In this document: positions 18,228 through 26,264 of the stretch, piece after piece
Layout of the letters: each line of letters opens with the position of its first letter
Position numbering within the stretch: the stretch's first letter is position 1
Source of the DNA: an uncultured Elusimicrobia bacterium
Lineage (GTDB): Bacteria; Elusimicrobiota; Endomicrobiia; DTEH01
Direction of reading: 5' to 3'
DNA: 64,000 nt
NCBI GenBank assembly: GCA_964508565.1
Contig: CAZDUB010000001.1
Span: 181,726-245,725 of the forward strand
Translations under genes and position numbers: made by a program
Notes under the pieces: model-generated
What the model was told of the DNA's origin: nothing
The model's database searches: none
What the model saw: only the letters and a program-made list of their open reading frames with translations

Positions 18228-19532
18228 ATGAGAGCTTATGATATAATCCTTAAAAAAAGAAATAACGAAAAACTCTCAAAAGAAGAAATAGAGTATGTTG
18301 TTTTAGAATACACAAAAGGCACCATCCCTGACTATCAAATGGCAGCTTTTCTTATGGCTGTATATTTCAACAGTATGGATGAAAAAGAACTTTTCTACTT
18401 CACAGATGCTATGAAAAACTCTGGCAAAGTCTTGGATTTATCTTCTATTGACAAACCAAAAGTGGACAAACACTCAACCGGAGGTGTAGGTGATGGAGTA
18501 TCGTTATCTTTAGCACCACTTGTTGCAAGTTGTGATGTAGTTGTACCTATGATTTCCGGACGCGGACTTGGACATACAGGAGGAACTTTAGACAAACTTG
18601 AATCTATTGAAGGTTTCAATGTAAACCTAACTGAAACAGAATTCATAAAACAACTTAAAAAAATTGGTGTTGCTATAACAGGACAAACACAAAATTTAGT
18701 TCCTGCTGACAAAAAAATTTATGCTTTAAGAGATGTTACTGCTACAGTGGATTCTATTCCGTTAATTACAGCCTCTATCATGAGCAAAAAGTTAGCAGAA
18801 GGAATTGATGGTTTGTTACTTGATGTAAAAACTGGTAATGGTGCATTTATGGAAAAATTTGAAGATTCTGTAAAACTTGCAAAAACAATGGTAGAAATTG
18901 GCAAAAAAGCTAAAAAGAAAGTCTTAGCCTTAATTACTGATATGAACCAGCCATTAGGTGAATATATTGGGAACGCTTTAGAAGTGTATCAAGCTATTAA
19001 AATTTTAAAAAATGAAGGTCCTAAAGATATCACAGAACTTGTAATATACGAAGCTGCAAAGATGCTTCTTTTAGCAGGAGTTGAACAAAATTTTGATTCT
19101 GCAAAAAAGAAAGTAACAAAAAAACTTTCTTCAGGAGAAGCTTTAGAAAAATTTAGACAAATGGTTGAATTACAAAAAGGAAATACAAAAGTAATAGACA
19201 ATGAAGAAATCTTAATAAAAGCAAAATACAAAAAACCAATTTTATCTAATAAGAGTGGTTATATAACATACATAGATACCAAACTTGTAGGAGTTTGCTG
19301 TTGTGTATTAGGTGCAGGCAGAACAAAAATCGAAGACAAAATTGACTATACTGTTGGTTTTAAGATTCTAAAAAAGATAAACGATTTCGTAGAAAAAAAT
19401 GAACCACTACTTTATGTCTACTACAACGACGAACAAAAATTTAACCAAATAAAACAAAAATTAATCTCAGCTTTTAAAATTTCTAACCAAAAAACTAAAA
19501 ATTTAAAACTAATCTATAAAGAAATCCACTAA
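18228..19532 (+). CDS. Thymidine/pyrimidine-nucleoside phosphorylase
   Basis: 434 aa; DKHSTGGVGD, SGRGLGHTGGTLDKLE and TASIMSKK signatures. Confidence 0.9.
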   Translation: MRAYDIILKKRNNEKLSKEEIEYVVLEYTKGTIPDYQMAAFLMAVYFNSMDEKELFYFTDAMKNSGKVLDLSSIDKPKVDKHSTGGVGDGVSLSLAPLVASCDVVVPMISGRGLGHTGGTLDKLESIEGFNVNLTETEFIKQLKKIGVAITGQTQNLVPADKKIYALRDVTATVDSIPLITASIMSKKLAEGIDGLLLDVKTGNGAFMEKFEDSVKLAKTMVEIGKKAKKKVLALITDMNQPLGEYIGNALEVYQAIKILKNEGPKDITELVIYEAAKMLLLAGVEQNFDSAKKKVTKKLSSGEALEKFRQMVELQKGNTKVIDNEEILIKAKYKKPILSNKSGYITYIDTKLVGVCCCVLGAGRTKIEDKIDYTVGFKILKKINDFVEKNEPLLYVYYNDEQKFNQIKQKLISAFKISNQKTKNLKLIYKEIH

Positions 19533-19555
19533 ACTTCCAATGCGGGTTTGGAAGT
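19533..19555. repeat. Hairpin ACTTCCAA-TGCGGGT-TTGGAAGT between convergent genes
   Basis: Perfect 8-bp stem, 7-nt loop. Sits between the stop at 19532 and the reverse gyrase stop at 19555-19557. Confidence 0.8.
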
Positions 19556-22500
19556 TATCTATCGGTTAACTTTTGAAACTCCTGGTATATTGTTCTCAAC
19601 ATCTCCTGATGGTCCTTTTCTCCATTTTCTACTATATCCATAAGATGTTCTAATTCACGAGTAGTTTCTTCTCCTATATAATCTTGATATCTTTGTTTTA
19701 ACAAACTATAAACTTTTTTCCCAAGTTGTGTTGCTTTAAGTCTTTTGTAAGTATCTTCTATAATATAGCCTCTTTTAAAAAGAATCTCAACAATTTTCGC
19801 ATATGTTGAGGGTCTACCTATTTCTTTCTTCTTCATTTCTTCAATTATACTAGCCTGAGTAAATAAAGGAATGGTATGTTTTTTATAGACTTTTTTATAA
19901 GTTATTTCATAAAGTTTTTGTTCAAAAGGAGAATATAATATTTGTGGATTAAAAGAAAGCCATCCTTCCTCCTTCACTGTAAATGGTAGTTCTGCCTCTA
20001 TTGCTCTCCCATCAACTTCTATAATTAATTTTTGTTTAGTTACCACAGGAACTTTCATTTGGCTAACTAAAAACCTATTAAATATAAGAGAGTAAACTTT
20101 AAGATGTTTAACATTAATCTCCTGAGTGAGTTTTTCTTTTATAAAATCACTAAGTTCTTGAGGAGCAAGCGGTTTTACAGGTCTTATTGCTTCATGAGCT
20201 CCTTTATCTCCCCAGCTTCTTCCTACAAAAAAGTCTTTTTTTCCTATTTTTTCAAGATAAAGCTTTGCAACATTTTGTCCTGTAGTAGAAATCCTTGTAG
20301 AGTCAGTTCTGTGATAAGTGATAAAGCCGTTTTCAAAAAGTGACTGCAGAATTTCCATCGTTTCATTTACACTAAAACCAAATTTTCTAGACACCTCTGA
20401 CAAAATAGAAGAGGTATTAAATGGAGGAAGTGCTGATAGTTCTTCATCTTTAACATCTACAATTTTTATATAAGCTTGGTTGCTTTTAATTATTCCTTCC
20501 ACTTCTAAAGAAAAACCATTATCAAATTTTAAAAGTGTAAAAGTTTTTTGACTTTTGAGATGTTCTTCTTCTCTTTCTACAATCCAACCTAAAACTGTAC
20601 TTTGAACTCTTCCAGCTGAAAGAGTTTTAGACCTAAATTTTTTTTGTAACTTTGAACTTAACTCAAAACCTATCCATCTGTCTTCTACTCTTCTTACAAT
20701 TTGAGCTTTAACGAGATTTTCTGAAACATATCTTTGGTTATTTTTTGCTTCTTGAAAACCATATCTTGTTATCTCATGCATTTCTATTCTTTTTATGTTT
20801 TTGTTTACAGGCAATATATATTGGAATACATCCCAAGATATTTTTTCTCCTTCTACATCTGGGTCTGTAGCTACTAAAATCTCATCTGCCTCTAAAGCAA
20901 TTTCACGAAGACTTTTAAGTATTTCTTTTTTATCAGATATTTCCTGGGAGGCACACTTTGGACAATTTTCATACTCGTCGGTAAATTGATATCCACAACT
21001 TTTACATCTTTTTATAGAATTATATAATGGAACAAAATCTTTTCCTAAAAGTTCTACTCCATAAATTCCATTTTTAGTTTCTAAATCGTAGAGATGCCCT
21101 TTGGTTGCTGTAATTAGTAAAATTCCATCAGGAGTAACTGACTCGTGAACCAAAAGTTCTCCGTACTTTCTTGTAGAAGATTTTTCTAAAAATTTTGAAA
21201 TAGTTTCTGCTTTTGTAGGAGATTCTACAATCATTAAAGTAGATTTTGAATCTTTTACATTATCTAAATCAACTTTTTTTCTTGTCTCATCTACTTCTTG
21301 AAGAATCTTTTCCCAATTAACTTCTTCCTCGTTTAACCAATCTTCCTCTGTAAGAAACATTAATCTTGACCTTAAAGATTCAAAAATTTTATCATCCTCT
21401 TCAAAAAGAATTGAAACACCTTTAGTTAAACCTGTTCCTAACATTCTAGAAGTTCTTCCGGAAGCCTGAATGTAGGTATATACATCTGGAACAACTATAT
21501 TATCTTCTAATATTTTGAAATTAGCAAAGGCTATTTTTAATATCTCAAACCATCTTTCAGCAGGGAGTAAATCTTTTGTGATTTCTTTTAACTTCTCAGG
21601 AGGAATTTTTGAAATGTTCAAAAGAAAATTTTTTGCTTTTGGATTATCTTTAGAATATTCTCTTATTACTCTTTCCAGAATAAATCTTGGAGCTTTCTCA
21701 ATACTAATTGGGTAATAAAAAGCTGGTGTATCCCAAAAAATCACATATTTTATCCTTAAAGGTAAATCTATTCCTCTGACAAGTTTACCATAGTAAGAAC
21801 TTACTCCACACAACACTCCCAACTTTCCCTCTTTAAACATTTCAAAACTTTCCTCAAATTTATCCCATGTTTTGCCTACTTGTAAACCTTTTTTTTCTAA
21901 AGAGTTTGTCAACTTTATTCCTTCTTCTTCTGTTCCTACAAAAATAATTATACCATCTTTTAAAAGCTGAATTATATCTAAGAGTTTTTTGACATTTTTT
22001 TCTTTTATTCTTATATTAGTAATATTTCTTACACTAAAAACAAACTTACCTATTTCAAAACCAAGTAGTTCTCTAAAAAGTAAAGGTTTAAGTCCCCGGG
22101 GTTTAGCAGTAGCAGAAGACACCACTAATATCCCATGGTTTTTTACTGAATTCTGCTGTGTTTCTCTTCTTTCTTTTTTCTTTAATTTGTAGAAAGTTTC
22201 GTCAATTGTTTGCTTTTGTATTCCAATCATCATTAAAAGAGTATCTATGTTTTTAGAAGATTTTAAAACAGCATCAACATCATCTACGAAAACAAAAGAA
22301 AATAATTTTTCTGATAGGGATTCCCTTCTTTTTGCTATAAATTGAGAAGAAACTATTAATATATCAAAGTTGTCTTCTAAAAAATTTTTCTCAAAATCTT
22401 CTTTTTCTTTTTTTGTCATCAAAGATTTATAAGAAAGAATTTTAATTTTTATGTCTAACTTTTTTGATATTAATTTTTTTAATCTTTCTTCTGCTTGAGA

Positions 22501-22902
22501 AACTAAAGACAAGGTTGGAAATACCAAAGCTGTTTTTTTACCATTTTTAGCAAACCATAAAGAAGCAATTAATCCAAAAGTTGTTTTTCCTACACCAGTA
22601 GGAGCAACCATAGTGAAACTTTTAGAAAGTACAAGGCGTTTCGCCCAAAACCTTTGATATCCTACCAAAGGCTTTTCAAATGTTTCTTCAAAGAAATTTT
22701 TGAAATCTTCGTATTGAGAGTAAAAAGAAAAGTAAAACAAAAAATCTTTTAATGAATTATTCTTTTTTAAATCTGCTAAAACATCCTGAGAGCTTTCTTT
22801 AGGAAGACAAATCTCACAAGGTAAGCCTTTTTCATTTCTATAATCTGTATTTATTCCACTACAATTTACACATGAATGATAATATTTTGCTCCTACAGCC
22901 AC
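19555..22902 (-). CDS. rgy: Reverse gyrase
   Basis: 1115 aa. N-terminal zinc finger (CVNC...CEIC); SF2 helicase motifs APTGVGKTT and VDDVDA. C-terminal topoisomerase IA part with TOPRIM LMIVESPTKA and active-site region ITYHRTDST. Confidence 0.95.
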   Translation of the reverse strand: MAVGAKYYHSCVNCSGINTDYRNEKGLPCEICLPKESSQDVLADLKKNNSLKDFLFYFSFYSQYEDFKNFFEETFEKPLVGYQRFWAKRLVLSKSFTMVAPTGVGKTTFGLIASLWFAKNGKKTALVFPTLSLVSQAEERLKKLISKKLDIKIKILSYKSLMTKKEKEDFEKNFLEDNFDILIVSSQFIAKRRESLSEKLFSFVFVDDVDAVLKSSKNIDTLLMMIGIQKQTIDETFYKLKKKERRETQQNSVKNHGILVVSSATAKPRGLKPLLFRELLGFEIGKFVFSVRNITNIRIKEKNVKKLLDIIQLLKDGIIIFVGTEEEGIKLTNSLEKKGLQVGKTWDKFEESFEMFKEGKLGVLCGVSSYYGKLVRGIDLPLRIKYVIFWDTPAFYYPISIEKAPRFILERVIREYSKDNPKAKNFLLNISKIPPEKLKEITKDLLPAERWFEILKIAFANFKILEDNIVVPDVYTYIQASGRTSRMLGTGLTKGVSILFEEDDKIFESLRSRLMFLTEEDWLNEEEVNWEKILQEVDETRKKVDLDNVKDSKSTLMIVESPTKAETISKFLEKSSTRKYGELLVHESVTPDGILLITATKGHLYDLETKNGIYGVELLGKDFVPLYNSIKRCKSCGYQFTDEYENCPKCASQEISDKKEILKSLREIALEADEILVATDPDVEGEKISWDVFQYILPVNKNIKRIEMHEITRYGFQEAKNNQRYVSENLVKAQIVRRVEDRWIGFELSSKLQKKFRSKTLSAGRVQSTVLGWIVEREEEHLKSQKTFTLLKFDNGFSLEVEGIIKSNQAYIKIVDVKDEELSALPPFNTSSILSEVSRKFGFSVNETMEILQSLFENGFITYHRTDSTRISTTGQNVAKLYLEKIGKKDFFVGRSWGDKGAHEAIRPVKPLAPQELSDFIKEKLTQEINVKHLKVYSLIFNRFLVSQMKVPVVTKQKLIIEVDGRAIEAELPFTVKEEGWLSFNPQILYSPFEQKLYEITYKKVYKKHTIPLFTQASIIEEMKKKEIGRPSTYAKIVEILFKRGYIIEDTYKRLKATQLGKKVYSLLKQRYQDYIGEETTRELEHLMDIVENGEKDHQEMLRTIYQEFQKLTDR

Positions 22903-23152
22903 AATTTAACCCTCCTATTTAGTCTCTAAAATCCATCTATTTTTTATTTTTTTTATTAATTATCTTCAAGATTTCAATGAAATCTTCTATAACAACTTAT
23001 TTATTTTATTAAATGATTTATCTTGTTTCTTCAAAGTTTCAATTTTTATTTAAAATTTCTATCTCAATACCCAACTTTTCAAACAACATTTTAGTGGCTC
23101 AAGGTACGCAAAACTATAAAGAGTTCTGGGTAGTCTGAACCACATGCGGTTC

Positions 23153-23605
23153 AGAGTAAACACCTCCTTTAGCCCATCCTTGATAGGAGGAAAATTAATT
23201 CACAGTTCATAGTTTAAAGTTAAAAGTATAAAGTGAAAAAGTGTGGATATGTCTATGGTTTGTTAATATTTTTATCTAACTAAATATCTCTTTTAAATTC
23301 CTTTGTATCCTTTGAGTCTCTTATCTTCTCTGTGATGAAAAATAAAAAACAAAAACACAAAGAGCACAAAGGCACAGAGAATTTAGGAGAGTAAAAACAA
23401 GCAAATCTATGAATAATTTTGTTCAATTTTATCTTACTACTTCTCTGTGTCCTTTGGGTCTTTTGTCTTCTTTGTGGTGAAAAAAACAACGAACTATGAA
23501 GAATACAAAGACACAGAGAGATTATAAGAAAATAACTACTCAATGAATTTTAAACTTATTTATCTTCTCTGTGGCTTTTTATTCTCTATGGTGAAATAAA
23601 TAGTC
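23153..23605. repeat. Mosaic repeat block: reversed hairpin/SD module, AGTTTAAAGTTAAAAGT module, and about 5 alternating CTCTGTG..CTTTGTG units
   Basis: 23153-23200 is the reverse complement of the 61145-61185 type. 23201-23243 is the reverse complement of 59930-59972. CTCTGTG/CACAGAG-type units alternate in orientation across 23318-23600 and recur at 61360-61500. Confidence 0.85.
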
Positions 23606-23708
23606 AACCTTAAATATGAAAAATTTTCATTTAATTAAGATCTCAATTGATTTGTTGAGTTAAATTTTATATTAGTTAAATATTATAAACAACTTTGGAG
23701 GAAATTTT

Positions 23709-24023
23709 ATGAACGAGTTTGAACTAATAACTTTTGTTGTCCAAAGAGGAAAGATGGATAAAGTCATAAAAGAAGTTTTAAAAGCAGGAGCTGCTGGTGC
23801 TACTATATTTTTTGCAAGAGGCACCGGCGTAAGAGAGCGCCTTAAACTTCTTGGAACATTCATCCAACCTGAAAAAGAAGTCGCTTTTATCATAGCAAAA
23901 AAAGAAGAAACTCAAAAAATTTTAGATGTTATTGTGAAAACAGCAAATCTTGACAAACCAGGCCAAGGAATTGCTTTTGTACAACCTGTAAGCAAAGTAG
24001 TAGGATATGTAGAAATAAAATGA
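23709..24023 (+). CDS. P-II-like signal transduction protein
   Basis: 104 aa with a beta-alpha-beta layout: ITFVVQRGKMDKVIKEVLKAGAAGATIFFARGTG...GQGIAFVQPV. GGAGG RBS. Confidence 0.6.
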   Translation: MNEFELITFVVQRGKMDKVIKEVLKAGAAGATIFFARGTGVRERLKLLGTFIQPEKEVAFIIAKKEETQKILDVIVKTANLDKPGQGIAFVQPVSKVVGYVEIK

Positions 24024-24616
24024 GAACAGCCTTCATTATAATTTTACTTTTTTTAACTTATTCTCTTTTCTACCTATCTCCATCTAAATCCGTTACAAAA
24101 GAAAATGTAGAAATAAAATTTCTCTCTGAATTCCATAAAGTTATAAAACAAAAGAACTCTAACAAGTTAAAAACATATACCATAACAGATATAAATAATT
24201 CTCTAAAAAACAATTTTGTAATAATTTATGAAATTATGTTAGAACAAACCAAAAAGTATCAAAAAATTTTTTTATATGCGAGCTGTTTATTAATCTTTTC
24301 ATCAATAATTTTAACTTTAATTTTTCACAAAACTGCTTTTTCTTTTGTTATTAATTTTATAAACAACTTTGAATTTTCCTTAGGAGACACTCTTATAGTT
24401 TTAATATCTTTATTTTCTTTAGGCAGTTGGTTTTTTCTAAAACAAAATTTCTGGCAAGAAGTTGGAGTTATTATCTTTGTTGAACCTTTTGCATTCTTGA
24501 TAGTTGCAAGTATAAACCTAAAAATATACGACTTTAACTATCCAATATGGAGTCGCCTTTTTAAAAGTTTTTTTGTTCCTATAATAACTGGATTTCTAAT
24601 TATTCTTTTGAGGTAA
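24020..24616 (+). CDS. Hypothetical membrane protein
   Basis: 198 aa with several hydrophobic spans. ATGA overlap with the P-II-like gene. Confidence 0.45.
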   Translation: MRTAFIIILLFLTYSLFYLSPSKSVTKENVEIKFLSEFHKVIKQKNSNKLKTYTITDINNSLKNNFVIIYEIMLEQTKKYQKIFLYASCLLIFSSIILTLIFHKTAFSFVINFINNFEFSLGDTLIVLISLFSLGSWFFLKQNFWQEVGVIIFVEPFAFLIVASINLKIYDFNYPIWSRLFKSFFVPIITGFLIILLR

Positions 24617-24620
24617 ATAT

Positions 24621-24842
24621 ATGATAAAAAACATCCTTGGAATCCTAATTTTCTTAGCAGCAGTGATTTATGGAGTTTATACAACTATTTTGATAGCACA
24701 AGAAGGCATTTCTGCAGTAGCTTATCTAGATCTAAGCGGAATAATAAATGGTGTATTTCTACCTATCCCTTTAATAATATCTATATTTTTGGCTCTCATC
24801 GGAATTCTTGTATCTTACAGTAGTAAAAGTAAAAAACTTTAA
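24621..24842 (+). CDS. Hypothetical small membrane protein (2 TM)
   Basis: 73 aa, two hydrophobic helices, 4 nt after the upstream stop. Confidence 0.4.
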   Translation: MIKNILGILIFLAAVIYGVYTTILIAQEGISAVAYLDLSGIINGVFLPIPLIISIFLALIGILVSYSSKSKKL

Positions 24843-24856
24843 TTTTTCAATCAACT

Positions 24857-24875
24857 TTCCAATGCGGGTTTGTAA
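24857..24875. repeat. Hairpin motif copy TTCCAATGCGGGTTTGTAA
   Basis: Same conserved loop TGCGGGT. Lies between the convergent stops at 24842 and 24879. Confidence 0.7.
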
Positions 24876-24878
24876 AAA

Positions 24879-25775
24879 CTACAAAATTTTACTTAATCTT
24901 TCTTTAAGCTTACAAAAGGAACATACTTGAGAAACTGTAGGTTCTCCGCAAATAGTACAAGCCATAAATTTTGGTTTTTCTTCTTTAAGATGAGGTTGAA
25001 GTTTTCTTAAAAAATCTAAATAAAACCTCAATTTAGTCCCTGGGCTTTTTTCTTCAATCAGCGATAGAATTTTTTTATAATGAATAGAAGTAGCATTTTT
25101 AGAAAATGGACATTCTTCTTCAATATAATTTATATCTGAAAAAAGAGCATAGATAGCATTTTCTTTTTCAGTAAACTTAAGAAGTGGTTTTACCTTTCGT
25201 ACAAAACCCTCTCCTTCAGAAAGAACAGGTTTTTGTCTTATAAGATATTCTATATTCCAGTTAAGAATATTCAAAAGCAAAGTAGTACTTTCATCATCTA
25301 AATTATGGCCAGTAGCTACTACATTATAACCATTTTGTTTAGCAAAACTATTCATATAATACCTTTTAATCTGGCCACAAAATGAACATGTAGGTCTTTT
25401 TTCTAATTCATCTATTTTAGGAATACTTGCTAAATACTGGGAGATATCTATAATGTAGAGTTTTAGAGATCTTTTTTTAGCAAATTCTTCACAGACAACT
25501 CTAGATTTTTCAGAATAATCACCTATGCCAAGATATATATGAAATCCAGCAACTTCATAACCAAGTTTATAAAGCGCATCCAACAAAGATAAACTATCCT
25601 TTCCCCCAGAAACAGCTACTAAAATTTTATCTTCTTTTTTAAACATCTTAAACTCATCTATTGTATGTTGAAGTCTTCTAAGATACCACTCAATATAGTG
25701 TTCTTTACAGAAAGCTATTCTATATTGTGGAAGATAAACTAATGCTTTAGTTTCACACTTATAACATTTTTTCAT
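24879..25775 (-). CDS. ttuA: tRNA 2-thiolation ATPase, TtuA/NcsA family (PP-loop)
   Basis: N-terminal CYKC...FCKEH zinc finger, PP-loop VAVSGGKDS, C-terminal CTICGE...CSFC finger. Confidence 0.8.
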   Translation of the reverse strand: MKKCYKCETKALVYLPQYRIAFCKEHYIEWYLRRLQHTIDEFKMFKKEDKILVAVSGGKDSLSLLDALYKLGYEVAGFHIYLGIGDYSEKSRVVCEEFAKKRSLKLYIIDISQYLASIPKIDELEKRPTCSFCGQIKRYYMNSFAKQNGYNVVATGHNLDDESTTLLLNILNWNIEYLIRQKPVLSEGEGFVRKVKPLLKFTEKENAIYALFSDINYIEEECPFSKNATSIHYKKILSLIEEKSPGTKLRFYLDFLRKLQPHLKEEKPKFMACTICGEPTVSQVCSFCKLKERLSKIL

Positions 25776-25786
25776 AATTTTTTTAC

Positions 25787-25990
25787 TTATCCTCCAGACA
25801 AAGCATTTATCAATCTTAACTCTTCTTTATCTTTTATAATATCTGTATCTTGAAGAACTTCCTCACCCCGGATTAAGAAAGCATATTCTGTTGAAAGTCC
25901 TAAGGCTTTTATTATATCTATAGCTCTAACTTTATCAGTAGAAAATTCTAATTCTTTTATTTGCCCCCTATAGTAGATTTTTACTCTCAT
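25787..25990 (-). CDS. ThiS/MoaD-like sulfur carrier ending in GG (TtuB-like)
   Basis: MRVKIYYRG...LINALSGG* has a ubiquitin-like size and a C-terminal Gly-Gly. It sits 11 nt upstream of ttuA. The GTG-extended ORF to 26053 is less likely. Confidence 0.7.
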   Translation of the reverse strand: MRVKIYYRGQIKELEFSTDKVRAIDIIKALGLSTEYAFLIRGEEVLQDTDIIKDKEELRLINALSGG

Positions 25991-26172
25991 AGTTTTACTT
26001 CTTATAGTTAAACAAATCAACTTTTCCAGCTTTAGAAATGTTATTTTTACCACTTTGGAGTAAATATTACTACAACGATTAATTACGAAGAATAATAAGT
26101 AAAAAACAAAACGGGAAGATAAATAATATACTTTCCTTTTTTATCACATCCTTTTTATCAACTCAACATACA

Positions 26173-26202
26173 TATTTAATAAAAATATAGATTAATTGTC
26201 AA
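26173..26202 (-). promoter_or_regulatory. Candidate sigma70-type promoter for the ttuB-ttuA pair
   Basis: Minus strand TTGACA (26202-26197), then a 17-18 nt spacer, then TTAAAT/TAAATA. Confidence 0.3.
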
Positions 26203-26264
26203 CAATTTTTACAAATCTTTATTAGCCAACTTCACAATGCAACTTTAGAAATGTAAATCTTTCT

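Noticed and set aside
23120-23160. tRNA-like fragment (GCGGTTCAGAGT resembles a T-arm)
   Set aside because: The hairpin is CTGAACC/GGTTCAG with a 6-nt loop, not a 5-bp stem with a 7-nt T-loop. No acceptor, D or anticodon arms can be drawn.
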